The notes: generated from the sequence alone by a model not told the origin. A stretch of 64,000 bases of DNA from Eledone cirrhosa (GCA_964016885.1 OZ024740.1:150970001-151034000); one strand, 5' to 3'. Numbered from the stretch's first letter, positions 26,640 to 41,009 are shown. Program-made: numbers and translations.

Positions 26640-28008
26640 TGGAAGCCGTCTTCAGATCCGCAAATAAAGTGTTTCGGTTGACCATCTGCTGACTTCGTAA
26701 TAAGAAACTCTCTTCCACACCTGCTGTGAAGAACGCGTCTGGGGTTCTCTTCTCTTCAGAAAGGTGGATCCTATCAGGTGGAGGGAATACTTTGCTGATA
26801 TCCTAAACCTGATCACAAGAGCATCTTCTGATGTACACGAGATGCATCTGGGGGTGATGGCTAACATCTCAAAGGCTGAGGTTACAAGAGTAGTCAAAGA
26901 GCTCAAATGTGCCAAGGCCGCTTGTAATATGAAATCCGGCTTGAGATGATAAAAGCCTTATATAGACAAGGTGTTCTCTGTCTCACTCATGTGTGTCAGG
27001 TGGCCTGGATCTCTGGAAAGGCATTTAAGCAATGACAAACAGGATTAATTATCCCAATTTTCAAAAGGGGAGACAAGAGCGATTGTTCCAATTACGGAAG
27101 GCTCTCCTTGTTAAGCTTTGTCAAGTCCAAGCTAGCTGATAAATAGTGCAGTTTTCGCCCCGGACTCAGTAGAGCCGACTAAATATTCCCACTGCGACAG
27201 ATCTTCGAAAAATTGTAGGAGTATTGTAGGAGGTATATTCTTGTTTTGTCGACTTGGAAAAGGCATATAACCGCGTTCCTCGGGACCTGCTGTGGAATGT
27301 TGTGTTGGAGTATGGGATCGATGGACAGCTTCTTGCTGCTCTGATGTCTCTATACGAATGCTTGAGTATTTGTGTTCGGATAAATGGCACTAGATCGAAA
27401 CTATTCAATGTGGGAGTTGGACTCCCTCCAATGGTGCGTACTGTCACCTCTCCAGTTCATAATTTACATGAACAGGATTGGCATGCGCAGCCGGGTTGGA
27501 AGTGGTTTCACGACTGGCGGGTGTAAAATCGGTATCTTCAATTCGGTATTCGTGCTAACCCTTACTTATGGTTATGATCGAAAGAATGCAATCGCGAATA
27601 CAAGCGGCCGAAATGGGGTTCTTCCGAAGAGTCTTTGGAGTATTGGCACTCAGCAGAGTGCGTAGCTCAAAGAGTCACTCCAGATAGCCCTGCTACTTCT
27701 CCGAATTGAGAGATCACAGCTCTGATATTATGATCATGTGGTTAGAATGTTTCGGGAAAGAATCGCTGGACAGATTTTACAGGCAATACAAACCGGCAGG
27801 ATACCCAGGGGTAGACCCTCAGCAAAATGGCTGGATAACATCCATGAACTCTACTGGTTTTGCATGGGCATCCAGCCATATGAGTTGGAGTCGGATGCTT
27901 CTGACAGGACCCGCTGGAAGGAGTGTTTGAGGACTCTGCCCCCACGACCATCTCAGGGATAAGTGGGAGAAGAAGAAGAAGAAGAAGAAGAAGAAGAAGA
28001 AGAAGAAG
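26640..28008 (+). pseudogene. RTE-like LINE remnant with (GAA)n tail
   Basis: IIPIFKRGD..CSNY, FVDLEKAYNRVPRDLLW, GRIPRGRPSAKWLDNI; internally deleted; (GAA)n at 27968-28008. Confidence 0.8.
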
Positions 28009-28899
28009 ATACTTAGAGAGCTGCATGAACCATGAGTATAATAGTGTACGATGCTTCTAGTACAGATAGGTTGCTATGGGTATGCATCGAGAGTAGCTAC
28101 GTTGTATTTGGCTAGCATTGGTCTTCGGAATGTTCAATGATCTGGAGTGGGAAAACAGAAACTATTCTATCATAAATATGGCAGATACATCTAAAGTTAT
28201 GAGTAAATAATAAATCCTCAGTTAGTAGTAAAACAAAATAATTAGTGTCTTCAGAGTTGTAGTTTTCTATTACACATCAACATTTTCCTTGGACTGGTTC
28301 TGATGCCTGTAGCAGTAATTCTTTTTCTCTTCAGTTCTTTCTTGTCTGAAAGAGTGAAAAAAATCATTGCTGCTTTACAATCCCAATGGTAATGAAGAAG
28401 TGGACAGAAATATCTGAAGTACAATATTTTACAGGAACCTCGGTAAAGGTAATTCTCGCCAAAATATAATATTTTCTAAATGAATAATTTGTTTTGCATT
28501 GTGCGCATTTTTCTTGAGTGTTCGCTGCTATTTCTAACAGGTCGAACCAATTTGTCGTGGCAGTATTGTCAGTTCATAAAATAGTTTAATCTTGTGACAT
28601 AATGCAATGTTTGTATAGTATTGTGAATATTTAGTGTATATTGTAGTCCCACTGCAGGTCAGCACAGATGAAGTAAATCTACAGTTGTAAGAATTCCGAA
28701 CGTAACTATTTCCCTCTGTTTGTGATGTGATACTCAAGTTGCGTGGCGAGTAGGAATATGTAGTTATGGTTATGTACATCACTGGTGCTGTAGTGTTGTC
28801 AAGTGGTCGTGAGGAGATATCAAAGTATGATGGTAAAATATGATGATGATGATGATGACTATGATAATGTGCTCTTGTTATTGTGTTGGTATATGTGTG

Positions 28900-29215
28900 A
28901 GGGCGTGTGATTTAGTAGTTAGGATGCTTCAGCTCACAATCTTATGGTCGAACATTCGATTCCCGGAGGCGTCATGTGTTCATGAGGCACATTGCTCTAG
29001 TTCAGTCAACTAGCAAAGACGACTTTTATTTGAAGTTCACAGGGCTAGCCGTGTCAGACACTGCATCACGCCAAATCGTACTGAGTATTACAATAATAGT
29101 ACACGTATCTGCGGAATACTCCACCACTTGCTCATAAATTACACAAGCAATTTGTTATGTTGATTAAACTAAAACACTCGTAGTCAGGAGACGATGGACG
29201 TCCATCACACACACA
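28900..29215 (+). mobile_element. tRNA-derived SINE family 2, full length
   Basis: A-box-like gtgatttagtagttagg, B-box-like attcgattccc, 3' end gtccatcacacacac. Confidence 0.7.
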
Positions 29216-29756
29216 GAAGTACATCTGTTGCTGCTAATTAGCATATAGACAACTTCTGGCATCGAATGCAAGCTGTTCGAGCGTCACATTATATAGTAAT
29301 GATGATGGTGGTAATATGATGATGGAAGTAGTGTTAGTAGTAGTGTGTAGTAGTGGTGGATTTGCTGTTGGTGTTTAACTGTGATAGTATACAGTATAGT
29401 GGTATGTGTATTCGTTTGCCAGTGTATGGTGTATCATTTGTTTATGATATATGTATATACGGTGGTGTTTAAGGTTATGTGATGTATAATGATGGTATTG
29501 TGGTTTAGCTTTAGGTCAACTACAATCAAACAGACTTGTGAAGAAAAGCATTCCATCAGTGACCATCTACCACTTTTCTGTGTACAGAGAACCCAGGACA
29601 ATGTTATACAATGAGCCTTTTTCTTTTAGACGGTAGCATGATTTGAGGAAGGTGTGTAAAGCTACTTCTAGTAGATTAATCAACAGTTGGTGATGGTTGA
29701 ATGTATCGATGAGTTGTGCAACGGTTAGTCGTAGTAGTAGTAGTAGTAGTAGCAGT

Positions 29757-29787
<31 letters not shown>

Positions 29788-30173
29788 CCAGCAGTAACTC
29801 CATTGAGTGTTTTAAGTGGGTGATATGTATAGTGGTGTGGTGCTTTGTCAATAGGGCAATGCTATGCAAAAAGATTGATAAAAAGAGAGGGGGATGGGTG
29901 ATAGATAGATAGTTAGATAGATAGATAACTTTCTATTTATTTGCCACCAGGGCATCAAAGATTGGGACAAATACAGGGGGGGGGGGGGCGAGTGTACATA
30001 CATTTCAAAGCACGTGTAAAAACATATAACAAATCAAATTCAAAAATCGAAGTCCTCAATAAGGAGAGGGAGTTCACATGGGTCGCACACACCCGCGGAA
30101 AAAATGTGCAACCCTCCTCCTCAGGAGCACAAAGAGCGGATGCTCCCTTCCTCTCCTCCTTCTCCTCTCTCAC

Positions 30174-33100
30174 CTACAGGCTGATATAGAGAGAAGTCCC
30201 ATTCCCTCGGGCCATTCTCGCCACTTTCACCCACTTTTCATAAGACTTGCTGGGGTAGAGCACCTCTCTCTCCATTCTGATCCTTCTTCTAAAATGGTAC
30301 TTGAAAAAAAGGACCAGCTGTTGGCCGGAGATAAAAGTGTCTGACCTCAGCCCTTTCAACCTCGTCCACCATACAACATCTTTCGCCATCACACAGAGGA
30401 AAACCGCCTCTCCTTCGTTTTTGTAGGAGGGCGGCGGTTTGATCGTGACAATGTACTCGGTGGTCAACCGGATTGGTCCCACCCGCGACAGTAGTCGTTC
30501 CACATAGCCCCACAGGTCAGCAACGCCCGGGCAGTGTACGAATGCGTGCGCGACAGTTTCCTCGTCACACACGCATCTCGGACAGATCTTCTTCGAGGGG
30601 TCGCTACTCCGGCGCCCGTGTCTATAGAGCTTGTCCCGAACAGGTAGAGCTCCTCGGAAGTTGTCCATCGGAAGTTGTCCTTTGGAAGTTGTCCATCGGA
30701 AGTTGTCCTTTGGAAGTTGTCCATCGGAAGTTGTCCTTTGGAAGTTGTCCATCGGTCGCGGGCCAAACGTCCTACCGAACAGACTGGCTAGCTCGTCTTC
30801 ATCCATGCCCAGAGTCTCTCCGAGAGCGTCGTCGCACTTGCTGCGCACCAACCCTCTATAGAATGTTGAGGTTGAGTCTCCACTGATTACCGGATCCGCT
30901 TGCCAGAGGGCCGTGAGCGCTTGGGCACATTCAATGTGCCAGTCGCCCACTTTTCTCGGTCTTTTCTTGACCCAGGATTGCAGCTTGGTGAGTGAGACGA
31001 GTCTCGGTAACGCTCGCCTCACAAAAGGGACACACACCGTCTGACCGGTGAGGAATATCTGGAAGTGACGTAGCCTTAATGCGTGTCTACGCATCGTTAA
31101 CCACGGAATCGACAGCCCTCTGTTCGAATGGTGTTGACAGCAGATGGATCTTCTCACCAAAGGGGCCCGCTTCTTCCAAAGGAATCGGAAGAGCGCACGC
31201 TCTATTTTGGCGAGCGTTTTCGCTGGGCAAGGTACGACGGTCGTCAAGCGGTAGTAGATGACGGACACTATATAAGTGTTCGCCACCTCCGCTCGACCTT
31301 TCAGGGATAGTTTGCACTCGGCCCACTTCTGGGCGAGTGCAAACACCCTGCCCGTTACCTCGTCCCAGTTTTTCTCCACCCGGAGGTCCGGTCCGAACCA
31401 GACCCCGAGCAGCTTCACCGGTCCCTCCGCCCAGCGTCCGACGACGCCGTCGGAGGGCATCGGTTTGCTTCTCCACGTTCCGAGTTGCAAACCAACGGAC
31501 TTGTCCCGGTTCAGCTTGGCTCTTGTAAACCTTTCGTATTCCTCCAGTAAGGTGCCGATCTGCCCGATTTCCGAGGCGCACGACACCATTACTGTCACGT
31601 CATCGGCGTAGGCCGACACCGGTTTCCGCAATCCCGGTTCCAAGGGGATGCCCTGCAACAGCTCCAGCTTCCGCAGTAGTGGCTCGAGAGCTAGCTCATA
31701 CAGAAGGGAGGAGAGAGGGCAACGCTGTCGGATGGATCGCGCGATTTGGAACGCGATTTGGAACGCGATTGACCCTCGAGCAGGTGTTTCTGCTGTGCAA
31801 TGCAGCAATCCAGCCTCTGAAAATGGGTCCGAAGTCTGCCGCCGCGAGCACCGCATCCAGGTACCGATGGTCGACCCTATCGAACGCCTTAGATTGATCC
31901 GAGTTTATCAGGGCCCCACCAAAGCCGGATACGTTCCCTACCCTCTCTACGATGTATCGCATGAGGTGGAGGTTGTCGTGTATGGACCTGGACGGGATTG
32001 CGCATGTCTGCGCTTCACCCACCAGGTTCCCGACGACAAGCGCCAACCTTGGCCAAAATCTTTAACTCTGTGTTTAGCAGAGTTATGGGCCTGAAATTAT
32101 CTAAGTCATCCCCCTTGTTCTCCTCCTTCCTCACCAGCGTGACTACGCCCTTGGTCACAGAACTGGGAATTCTCCCGTTCTGTTGCCAGTTGCAGTAGAC
32201 CGCCTCGTGAAGATCGGAGTACATGTCCGGCATCGCTACATAAAATTCATATGGTAGACCATCGAGACCGGGAGATTTGCGTTTGCCACATTGGTTCAGC
32301 GCTTTCCCTATTTCAGCGGCTGAAATGGGCCTTTCGCAGGACTTCGCCTCCCCGTCCGAGAGCTGCGGCAGACCGTCGAGGTATGGACCGAAATCTATTG
32401 CCCCTTCGGCCCGCCTTCCCTCCCGAACAGTCGTGCAAAACGCCGGTGAAAAGCCGCGCACATCCGCTCTGGTTCAAGGATCACGCTTCCATTCTGGTCC
32501 TTCAAAGACCGAATCGTGAACTTGTTTCCACTTTTTGCCTCTGTCACTTGGGCCCAGCTAACAGCTTTGGCTCCTTCGTTACCTAGAGCATGTATTTTAC
32601 TCCTGAAAACGCAGCCATCGTGCTTCGCATCAAAGAACTGGTCTAGGGCCAGCACGCCGGTCACGTTGCCACTCCTAATCGCCTCTTCTACTCTATCTAT
32701 CAATTCCCTTTCAGTTCTATTCCTATCTGATGTTAATTCCTGACTAAAACCTATCGATTCTATTCTAATTTCTCTCTTGAGAGACCCCCACCACCTGCTG
32801 TTGACAATTTCCCCCGTCAATCGCTGCTTAACTAGAGTGCTGATCCGTTTACTGTAAGCTTTGTTTGTCGGTAAGGACAAGTTTAGCTTCTATGAGTTCT
32901 ATCAAGGTTGATCACTCCGGTCACAAACTTGTGATCCGAATAGTCAACCATGAACATTCGTGGACAGCTTAATATGTCCCTATCCTTATTTCTAACTCTA
33001 AACTAGGAACCTATCTAGGTACGACCTAGATGTTCCGCTAAGATTAGTCCACGTCCACAGTGGCACAGTCGGAAAATCTAGTCGATATCTATCGGCCAGA

Positions 33101-33597
33101 TCAAATCGCCCGATTAACCGTTTGAGGCTGTTACACCCCCCTCTATCGGGACATGCCCCTACATAGTCCCAACGTCCATCCAGGATATGATTTCAGTCCC
33201 CCACTAAAAGCAAGGAGCGAGACGTTCCCAGAAAAGTCTCTAGGCGCTGGAAGAAGTCTGGTTGCGGTGTCACCTGCCTGAAGGCTCCAGCTTCAATACT
33301 GCCGACGTCTATAACCACCATTCGACCCTCCGGGTACAGGTGTACCTTCCGTGTTGCGAGGCCCAGGTGTTTTCGCAGCAGAACGACCATCCCGCCCGCA
33401 CCCCCCGGCTGACAGAGAGATGCATAGATCTCAAAGTCGTCGAAGATGGGGGCCAGTTGGTGCTCGCTGCTGATCCTGGACTCGCAAATAGCTATCACAT
33501 CCATTCTGTGCGACCTGAGGTCATTTAAGAGTTTGCCCTGCTTCCAGGACATTCCCAGGCCGCGCACATTTAAACATCCAACTCTTATAACAGCCAT
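30174..33597 (-). pseudogene. L1/Tx1 ORF2: APE endonuclease, RT, C-terminal zinc finger
   Basis: MAVIRVGCLNVRGL, ICES, LLVGD, SDHK, KSPGLDGLPYEFY, NFRPITLLNTELKILAK, DQSKAFDRVDH, IRQRCPLS, AYADDVT, LLGVWF, CPRC..ETVAHAFVHC; split over several ORFs. Confidence 0.92.
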
Positions 33598-33640
33598 GCT
33601 GGTGGTGAAGAGTTTAGAGTGGAGAAAAAGGAAAAGACAC

Positions 33641-35165
33641 CTACCTGTCCTTCTCCTGGGGACCAGGTTGCACAATTTCCATGGGGGTGTCCGCGGGGTT
33701 GTTTGGTGGGGTGGTGGTTTGGGATGTGGTGGGGACATCAGTGTGTGGCGGGGTGGGGATGTTTGGTGGGGGAGGCATGTCTGGCGTGGTGGTGGGGAAA
33801 CCTTTCATGAGGACGCGGTTGCTAGGTCTAGTACAGGGGTTCCCCACATCCTCGGGAAAGTTCTGTTTGAGCATTGCGTAGATGTTCCTTAGGACCCTAA
33901 TCATTTTTAAATGCGTTTTAGTCGCTGCGTTGGTGAACATTTTCCCTTCGGTTTCCACCGAAGGGTCATTGTCTATTGTTTGCACAAGTGTTTTGTAGTT
34001 TGTGTTGATGAATGTATATTGTTTTTGTGTTGTGTTTGTTTTGTTTTTGTTCTTGTGTGTGTTTGCGTTTTGTAGTATGTGTTATGTTTTGGGGAGGGGT
34101 GCGTTTTTTGCTTGTGATGTTTGTTCTGTTTGTGCTGGTGGTTGTGTGTTTGTTGCATTTTTGTTAATGTGGTGCCTTCTTCTCTTTCTTTTTACAGGTT
34201 GAAAGGGTTGTCCCTCGTCGTCACTGGGTGACGTCGATAAGGGGTCCTCGTCCGTGTTGTTGGGGAGGGGCATATTTTGGGGGTTTTGTTGTGGTTGCTT
34301 TTGTATTTGTTTTAGGTGGGGTGGGGTTGGGTGGGACAGTGTTTTGTGTTGTTATTTTTTCGTGTTGTTGTGGTTGTTGTTTCGGTGGTGGTGGTGGTGG
34401 TTGTGTTCCTGTGTGTGGGGTGGGTACAAGCGTCTTTGAGGGGGGGGGGGCTTTTAAAATGGGACAGGAAGCCCTCAGATAATCACTTCTTGAACAGTGG
34501 TAGCATGACGGCCGCCTGCCCTCAACAGAAATGTTTATGAGGGTGACTCTATCCAGGGACACACGCTGCGGTATTCTTGCTATCCGTTCTGGTCTCATTT
34601 GGACCAGAACTTCAAGGCTATTGTCGCCGAATACGCCCCCAGCGGATTCACCTAACGAAAGGATTGTGTCCTCATCTTCTAAGAATCCCGTTAGCACCCA
34701 CCAAATGCTCGCATTTGGCCTGATGCCCGAGATTCTTATCTTTTGAGTTCTTTTCCCCAAATATGTGGGGGAAAAGGTGTAGACTTTGGATACAATTGGC
34801 GACACAGAATATTTCCGTGCCGCCAATTCATCTTGCATTAAAGCAGATATGCTTCCATACAGTTTCCCTAGAAAGCGATATCTTTCCAGACACAACTTTG
34901 GGACAATTGAGCCGGTTTCCTAGTCGTGTTCGAAACTGTCCTAAAGATTACAGTCCTGAGGACTGTGTCCCTTCTAATTTCTTCGGGGGAGGTAATTGTG
35001 AATTCCCCACCTTCCCCGAAATTTACACAATTCCTTGCTTCTTTCAGCAATTTCTTGGCATTCGAGATGTCCAGTGTCTTGTATGTCTGCGTTTCTCGGA
35101 CCGCCTGTGCGAAGGAGACTGCAGCTGTGGGTCCGTTTTCTTTCGTGTTGTTATCATTGTTGTAT
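33641..35165 (-). pseudogene. L1/Tx1 ORF1 with zinc knuckle
   Basis: N-terminal SFAQAV, VEGRRPSCYHCSRSDYLRASCP, basic KRKRRR, Pro/Thr-rich tail; frameshifted. Confidence 0.8.
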
Positions 35166-35174
35166 TATTACGGA

Positions 35175-35560
35175 TTGAATTGTATAATGTTTTGGCCACT
35201 ACATCATGCCTCATAGGTAGTCTCGTGACGACGTCTTTGGACAGCTGTTGATGATGTGGGTGACATCCATGTTTATTCCACAGGATCTACATCTGTGGTC
35301 ACATCTAGGTGTTTTGTCTCTATCCCTATATCTTTTGTGCATCATTTCGTCGTTATTTCCTGTTCATGAGTAGCAAAAGCATAATCTTTAAAGTGAGAGC
35401 TAATATACCGGTATCAATCAAGTTTACACTTTTAGCTATAGGCTTAATATCTTCTAAAAAGTCGGAATTAAGGGCCAATGGTTCTTCATATGGTGGTTAA
35501 GGCACTCCATCATCCCAGATATATGGAGCTCGATTTCTCGCAGGTGCCTATATTTACTTT
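35175..35560 (-). pseudogene. R4/Dong-like (RLE) LINE fragment, CCHC region
   Basis: CDHRCRSCGINMDVTHIINSCPKTSSRDYLMRHDVVAKTLYNSI-like reading. Confidence 0.7.
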
Positions 35561-37779
35561 TCCTGCTATTGTTGTTGTTATTCATTTGATTATAGAGAAA
35601 TTAAATCGAATTGCAATGAATTAAATATGTAGTATGCAAAAGAATCAAGCGACCATGATGATCTATTTAATTTTTGAGACAATTCCTCCGATCACATGAT
35701 ATCTCTACAGAGAGAGATATCATGTGATATTACCATGGCCGCGAAAACATCCAGCCTTACGAGTACCACCACTACCAGCACCGCCTCCGAAGTAAACATC
35801 CTTACAAAAACAAACAAAACAAAAAAGAAACAACATTAATAAAAGTAACCGTCCAACAAGAGAGTTTCTTTATGCTCTCTCAAACTGCTAGAAATGGCAG
35901 CCAAACATATCTAAACTCACATCATCTGACTTAGAGGAAGTTATCATTGATATAATGGGGGGGGGGGGGGGTGAGTTCCTTGTATGTAGAAAAGAGATGG
36001 GAGTATCATGACATGAATATTTTTCATCATAGGCCTGTTCAGAGAGATGGATTATCAGAACCATTGAGACGTTCCTAATGCTTAGGTACACCTTGTCACG
36101 ACCCTTTATTTTCTGAATTGTCAAGTATGCCTTTCATCATTCTAGGATAAAGTATCAGTCAAATACTTGGTTTGATATAATTGACTTCACCTTCCCCACA
36201 TTGAGGACATTTTGCCTAAATTAGAAACTAGTCTCTTCGATCAGGGCTGATCTAGGACGGAAAAAAACAATAACAAAAATTTCCATTGCTAACACCACTA
36301 CTATCATCTATAAGATAACAAAATACTACAACTAGTACTGAACCAGGAAACAAAACTATAATAACGACTACTCCCACAACACAGCCAACACAATAACAAC
36401 AGTTACAACAACTAAAGTGATCACTATAGTAACAATAACTATGACCTCATCAGTCACACCAACAACCGCAACAATGACAACCATTAATATAGCGATAAAT
36501 AACAAGTAATACAATTAGAATAGACACTACAACGATCAACGCACAACAATCAACATCACAATAACAACAAATTCTACAACCAGAAAAATAAAATCTGCAA
36601 CAACCATCTCCTCCAACACCAAAACAACAACAATTACTCCTACTACACTCATTATCACAATAATAATGTGCAGCCACAACAGCCACAACAGCTACCAATG
36701 CCGTCATCGGTAAACGTGTATTGCGTGGTAACATGTACCATGCTTTCGTTAAGGATTTAAGTCCCCGTGTATTTGCGAGCAAACATAGACCCGCACTCCC
36801 TTGATTCGGCGAAACATTTAAGATATGCCAGCCGGATGGAGAGAATACTGCTTCAACACGGGGCTGGTGGTATCAACTAAAAAAACAATGAAAAGGATAA
36901 TGGTTCTCGACGGGATTTGAACCCAGAAGGCAGAAACCCGGAACACATATCGCCATACGACAATTATAGCAACAATAACAGCAACAGTAACACAGGCAAC
37001 ATAGCTACAACGGCAGCAGCAGCAGCACCAGAGATGACATTTTAACTGTCCTATAGAAGTATGCACATGTGTCCAAACGTGTCCTCCATAACTGTCTCTC
37101 AGAAAATGATTTCGACGTTTGTGAAAATCACTATAATTGTTCAGTGAATTGTGTCTGTGTGTGTATGTGTGTATGTATGCGTATGGGCGTGTGAATCTGT
37201 ATGTAAGTGTGTATGTATGTTTGTATATATGTATATATGTATATATGTATATATGTATATATATATATACATAATCACACACACTTACATGCACACATTC
37301 AAGCACCCCCCCCCCCCAACACACACAAACATACATATCCGCACATAGCTGAAAATCTAGTTATGAACTTGAGGTTACTCTCAAAGAACTGAATAAAAGG
37401 GTTAGACACAGAATGATATGATGTATTCCAATCCAATCCAGAGACTAATTATTCCTGTTGGAGGAACACCTCCCTGTTTAACATCCACCGCTTTCTGTTT
37501 GGTTTTGATCCCATCAGGGGTGTAGCTTTTCTTACCTCGTCTAGTCAAATGAGGGTTGGTGAGGCTATTTAGCCCATAGTTATGGTGGATGGCAGTTGAA
37601 TCTGAGGAGTTCAGCCGGCCTTTTAACAGCTCTTGTTTGTGCTACTGGGTTTCCATTTACCCTCCTCACCAGACCAGAGATGTTAACAGAAACAAAACAT
37701 CACAGAAAATGCCATCATATATTATAAAAATAGAAAAAAGATTGCTAACCTACAGAAAACTATAGGATATGTGACAATG

Positions 37780-38760
37780 ATTTTCATGTGCAAACAAAAA
37801 CAAACAAACAAGAATCACACTCCTTAACAATGTTTGAATCAGTACAAGAACTCTTCAATACAAGTTGATCATCCTCCAACAAGAAGTGATATTTGTCGGA
37901 GAGAAATATCGATACCAGAAGAGGGTGACTGAAAGAAAGATAATTAAAATATTCAGCCAAAACCAAACATTGGTTTACATAGATTTGAGGGACAAAGCAT
38001 GCCAGAGCCTAATGTATACAATATATACAGCCTCCCTGAACATATTTCTTCAGGATCACTCTGACAATAATAATATCATCACAGATGAGCAAACAGCTCG
38101 GAAGAAAGGCGTCTAGGGTGTGTGCTGAACAACCTGATTAACAAAACCACGACGTGTGAAGTGTGATGACATGAGATTAACATGATTACAGTCTGGCTGG
38201 ATTACAGGAAAGCATTCAATTCTATTCCCCGCCCTTGGCTGATAGACGACCTCCGACTTGCTAAAGTCCCAGACACCATTATCAGAGCTATAGAGAGCCT
38301 ATCTTCTTGCTCTACTATCCTAAGTTTAAATACAGAGAAGTAAGACTCTATTTTCACTGATAAAATAGAATATTGCAGGGGTATATTTCAAGAAAAGAGT
38401 CTCTCTGTGATGCTATTTATACTAGTTATTTCTGCAAAAGAAATATGAAGCTTATATAGTTGGTTTACTGGAGGACAGGAATACAAACCTAACCCATAAT
38501 TTCTTTGTGGATGACCTGAAACGCTATGCCAAGAACATAAATGGGATGAAGAAAAACATTGATCTGGTTACGACGTTCCCGAATGCTGTTTGGCCAAGAT
38601 AAATATTATATGATTGTAAAGCGGGGAATAGCTATAAGCCAATCTAGCAACATTTCTATCAATAGTCTGAGTGTCTCACCGGTATATGACGAGGAGTGCT
38701 TTAGAGACTTATGGATGTATATATATAGCAACAAACGGCACAGTAAACCATGAACGCTGG
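37780..38760 (+). pseudogene. R4/Dong-like LINE RT fragment
   Basis: VWLDYRKAFNSIP, LRLAKVP, RGIFQEKSLSVMLF, HNFFVDDLKRYAKN; many stops. Confidence 0.75.
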
Positions 38761-38887
38761 AAGACGAGGAACACTAGAAGCATATGCTTCCAGTTCCTTA
38801 GAGGACTAACAACACACCCAGGAGGTGGGCATATCAATGAATTAACAAGGTAAAATCCATTACATCATGTTTTCCTGTTTGAATTCT

Positions 38888-38950
38888 TATTGCCTGATGA
38901 GGTCATAGCAGTTAAATAATGGCTATCACTGAAATATATATAGCAGCGAA
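38888..38950 (+). ncRNA. type I hammerhead ribozyme
   Basis: ttgc CTGATGA GGTCATAGC..GCTATCACT GAAA TATATA TA gcag. Confidence 0.78.
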
Positions 38951-39094
38951 TATGAATAAACGAAACTAATTTTATCCCGTTGACTTACCTTTCTTATTTT
39001 TACATTACTCCGGAGTAAACAAACCAGCCTGCGCACTTCGTTGAGTGTTCCAACCTGCATCTGAGGTGTCGGGAAACAACCAACACATACTCAA

Positions 39095-39180
<86 letters not shown>

Positions 39181-39440
39181 ATGGGCGCGCACGCGTGTGT
39201 GTGTGTGTATAAAAGGTAAACAGAAATAACAACACAATTGGTACAGTATATGGAAGGAATATATATATATATTTAGGTTTGAAGGTTCACCACTGGATAG
39301 AGCTGGTCATTCCGTATGGTCAATCTTGATGTAATAATATGGAGAGTACTCAACGTAAAGCAGCTCAACCGTCTTCGTTTGTGTAGTTGGTAATAAAATA
39401 ACAGGAGGCTGGACTTGTGTAAATCCTTGAAAGGTTTATT

Positions 39441-39498
39441 ATACTATGATCATTTCAATGACCGGGTTCCGTATGAATCCGGTGATATCATCAGGTAT
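39441..39498 (-). ncRNA. type I hammerhead ribozyme
   Basis: atac CTGATGA ..ACCGGATTC..GAACCCGGT.. GAAA TGATCA TA gtat. Confidence 0.78.
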
Positions 39499-39628
39499 TC
39501 GAAATATAATAAATGAATGTAACAGATAAAATCCATGGGGCTGAAAATGATAGACCCGAGTACGACCGACCATGTAGCATCTTCCACTTTAGCCGGTCGC
39601 CCTCAAGTTATTTTATTATAATATATAT

Positions 39629-39674
<46 letters not shown>

Positions 39675-39987
39675 AAAGTGAGTTTTTTTTTACAAAATGA
39701 AAAATAACCGAGGTGTCCTACACGAGTGAAAGTATAAAGAAAAAAAGATAAAATCGAAAATGCAACTGGAGTCTTATTTTAAAAAATATATATATATATT
39801 TATATATATTTGGTTCCTTTACCGGTTTCGCAGTTCTTCTGCTTTTCAAAAGTGGAGTTGAGATGGAGGGTCTGTGGTTTTTCTCACATATATATATATA
39901 TATATATTCCTTCCATATACTGTACCAATTGTGTTGTTATTTCTGTTTACCTTTTACACACACACACACACACGCGCGCGCATATAA

Positions 39988-40738
39988 GTTATTCCGGGTT
40001 GAATCGGAAGTAACCACAGTAAGTAAGGTACTCAATACATTGCAGAGTATAAAAGTTTTAATATAGAAGACCTTCTACAGGACTAGAACTGTTTCATTCG
40101 TGAGAAATCATTAGGAAGCTGGCTCTCCAAGTCAAATGGTAGTATTTATATATTTCCTTATCTGGTGGTAGGAGAGGGTGGGGATTGGGATGGGTGGAGG
40201 TCATTGGTTGAATGAATTAAAGAAAAGGGAGTTCATTAAAAGCTAATTCTTTAAAGCTATAAAATTAACAAAGGCAGAAAGAATACAGTAAGTTCAAAAT
40301 TGGAATACCAATCTTTGTTTATCACTTAGAGTCTAAGTGATAAACAAGGATTGGTATTTCAATTCTGAAATTGTTTTTGTCACCCTTATTTCAGCCTTAA
40401 AGAATTAGCTTCTAAAGGAGCTCCCTTTTCTTTAAACCATTGAATCCCACCCAACCTGTAGGCACCTGTCTTACGGGCATTGTTAGTCTAAGTGATAAAC
40501 AAAGATTGGTATTCCAATTTTGAACTTGCTTACTGTATTCTTTCTGCCTTTGTTAATTTTGTAGCTTTAAAGAATTAGCTTTTAATGAACTTAATTTTCT
40601 TTAATTCATTCAACCAATGACCTCCACCCATCCCAATCCCCACCCTCTCCTACCATCAGATAAGGAAGATATAAATACTACCATTTTACTTGGACAGCCA
40701 GCTTCCACGAATGAAACAGTTCTAGTCCTGTAGAAACT
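39988..40738. repeat. fold-back module with hammerhead variant (CTAATGA, 40072-40118 minus) and internal duplication
   Basis: 40072-40330 inverted at 40485-40735; shared one-sided tail ccgggttgaatcgg..gtaaccacagtaagtaaggtactcaata also at 51008 and 57715. Confidence 0.9.
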
Positions 40739-40869
<131 letters not shown>

Positions 40870-40901
40870 TAAAAGTTTATATACATATAAACTAGACAGA
40901 G

Positions 40902-40942
<41 letters not shown>

Positions 40943-41009
40943 TATGTTTTTGGCAACCATTCACGGTGTGGCTCAATGACGAATTAATTAAATAATCAAC
41001 AATCAGAGC

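Larger units (their letters stand above)
29930..35170 (-). mobile_element. L1/Tx1-type LINE, near full length, frameshifted
   Basis: ORF1 and ORF2 remnants in order; 3' UTR ends AATAAA followed by (ATCT)n. Confidence 0.92.

Noticed and set aside
25250-28345. Possible extra minus-strand exons at about 25250-25327 and 28250-28345
   Set aside because: Acceptor-like sites but no convincing donor or consistent phase.
28900-28975. tRNA gene
   Set aside because: A/B-box-like motifs without a full cloverleaf; continues into a SINE body.
30655-30755. CRISPR-like array
   Set aside because: No unique spacers, inside a LINE, eukaryotic context, no cas genes.
30473-35251. Plus-strand ORFs over the L1
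   Set aside because: Antisense shadows of a GC-rich coding strand.
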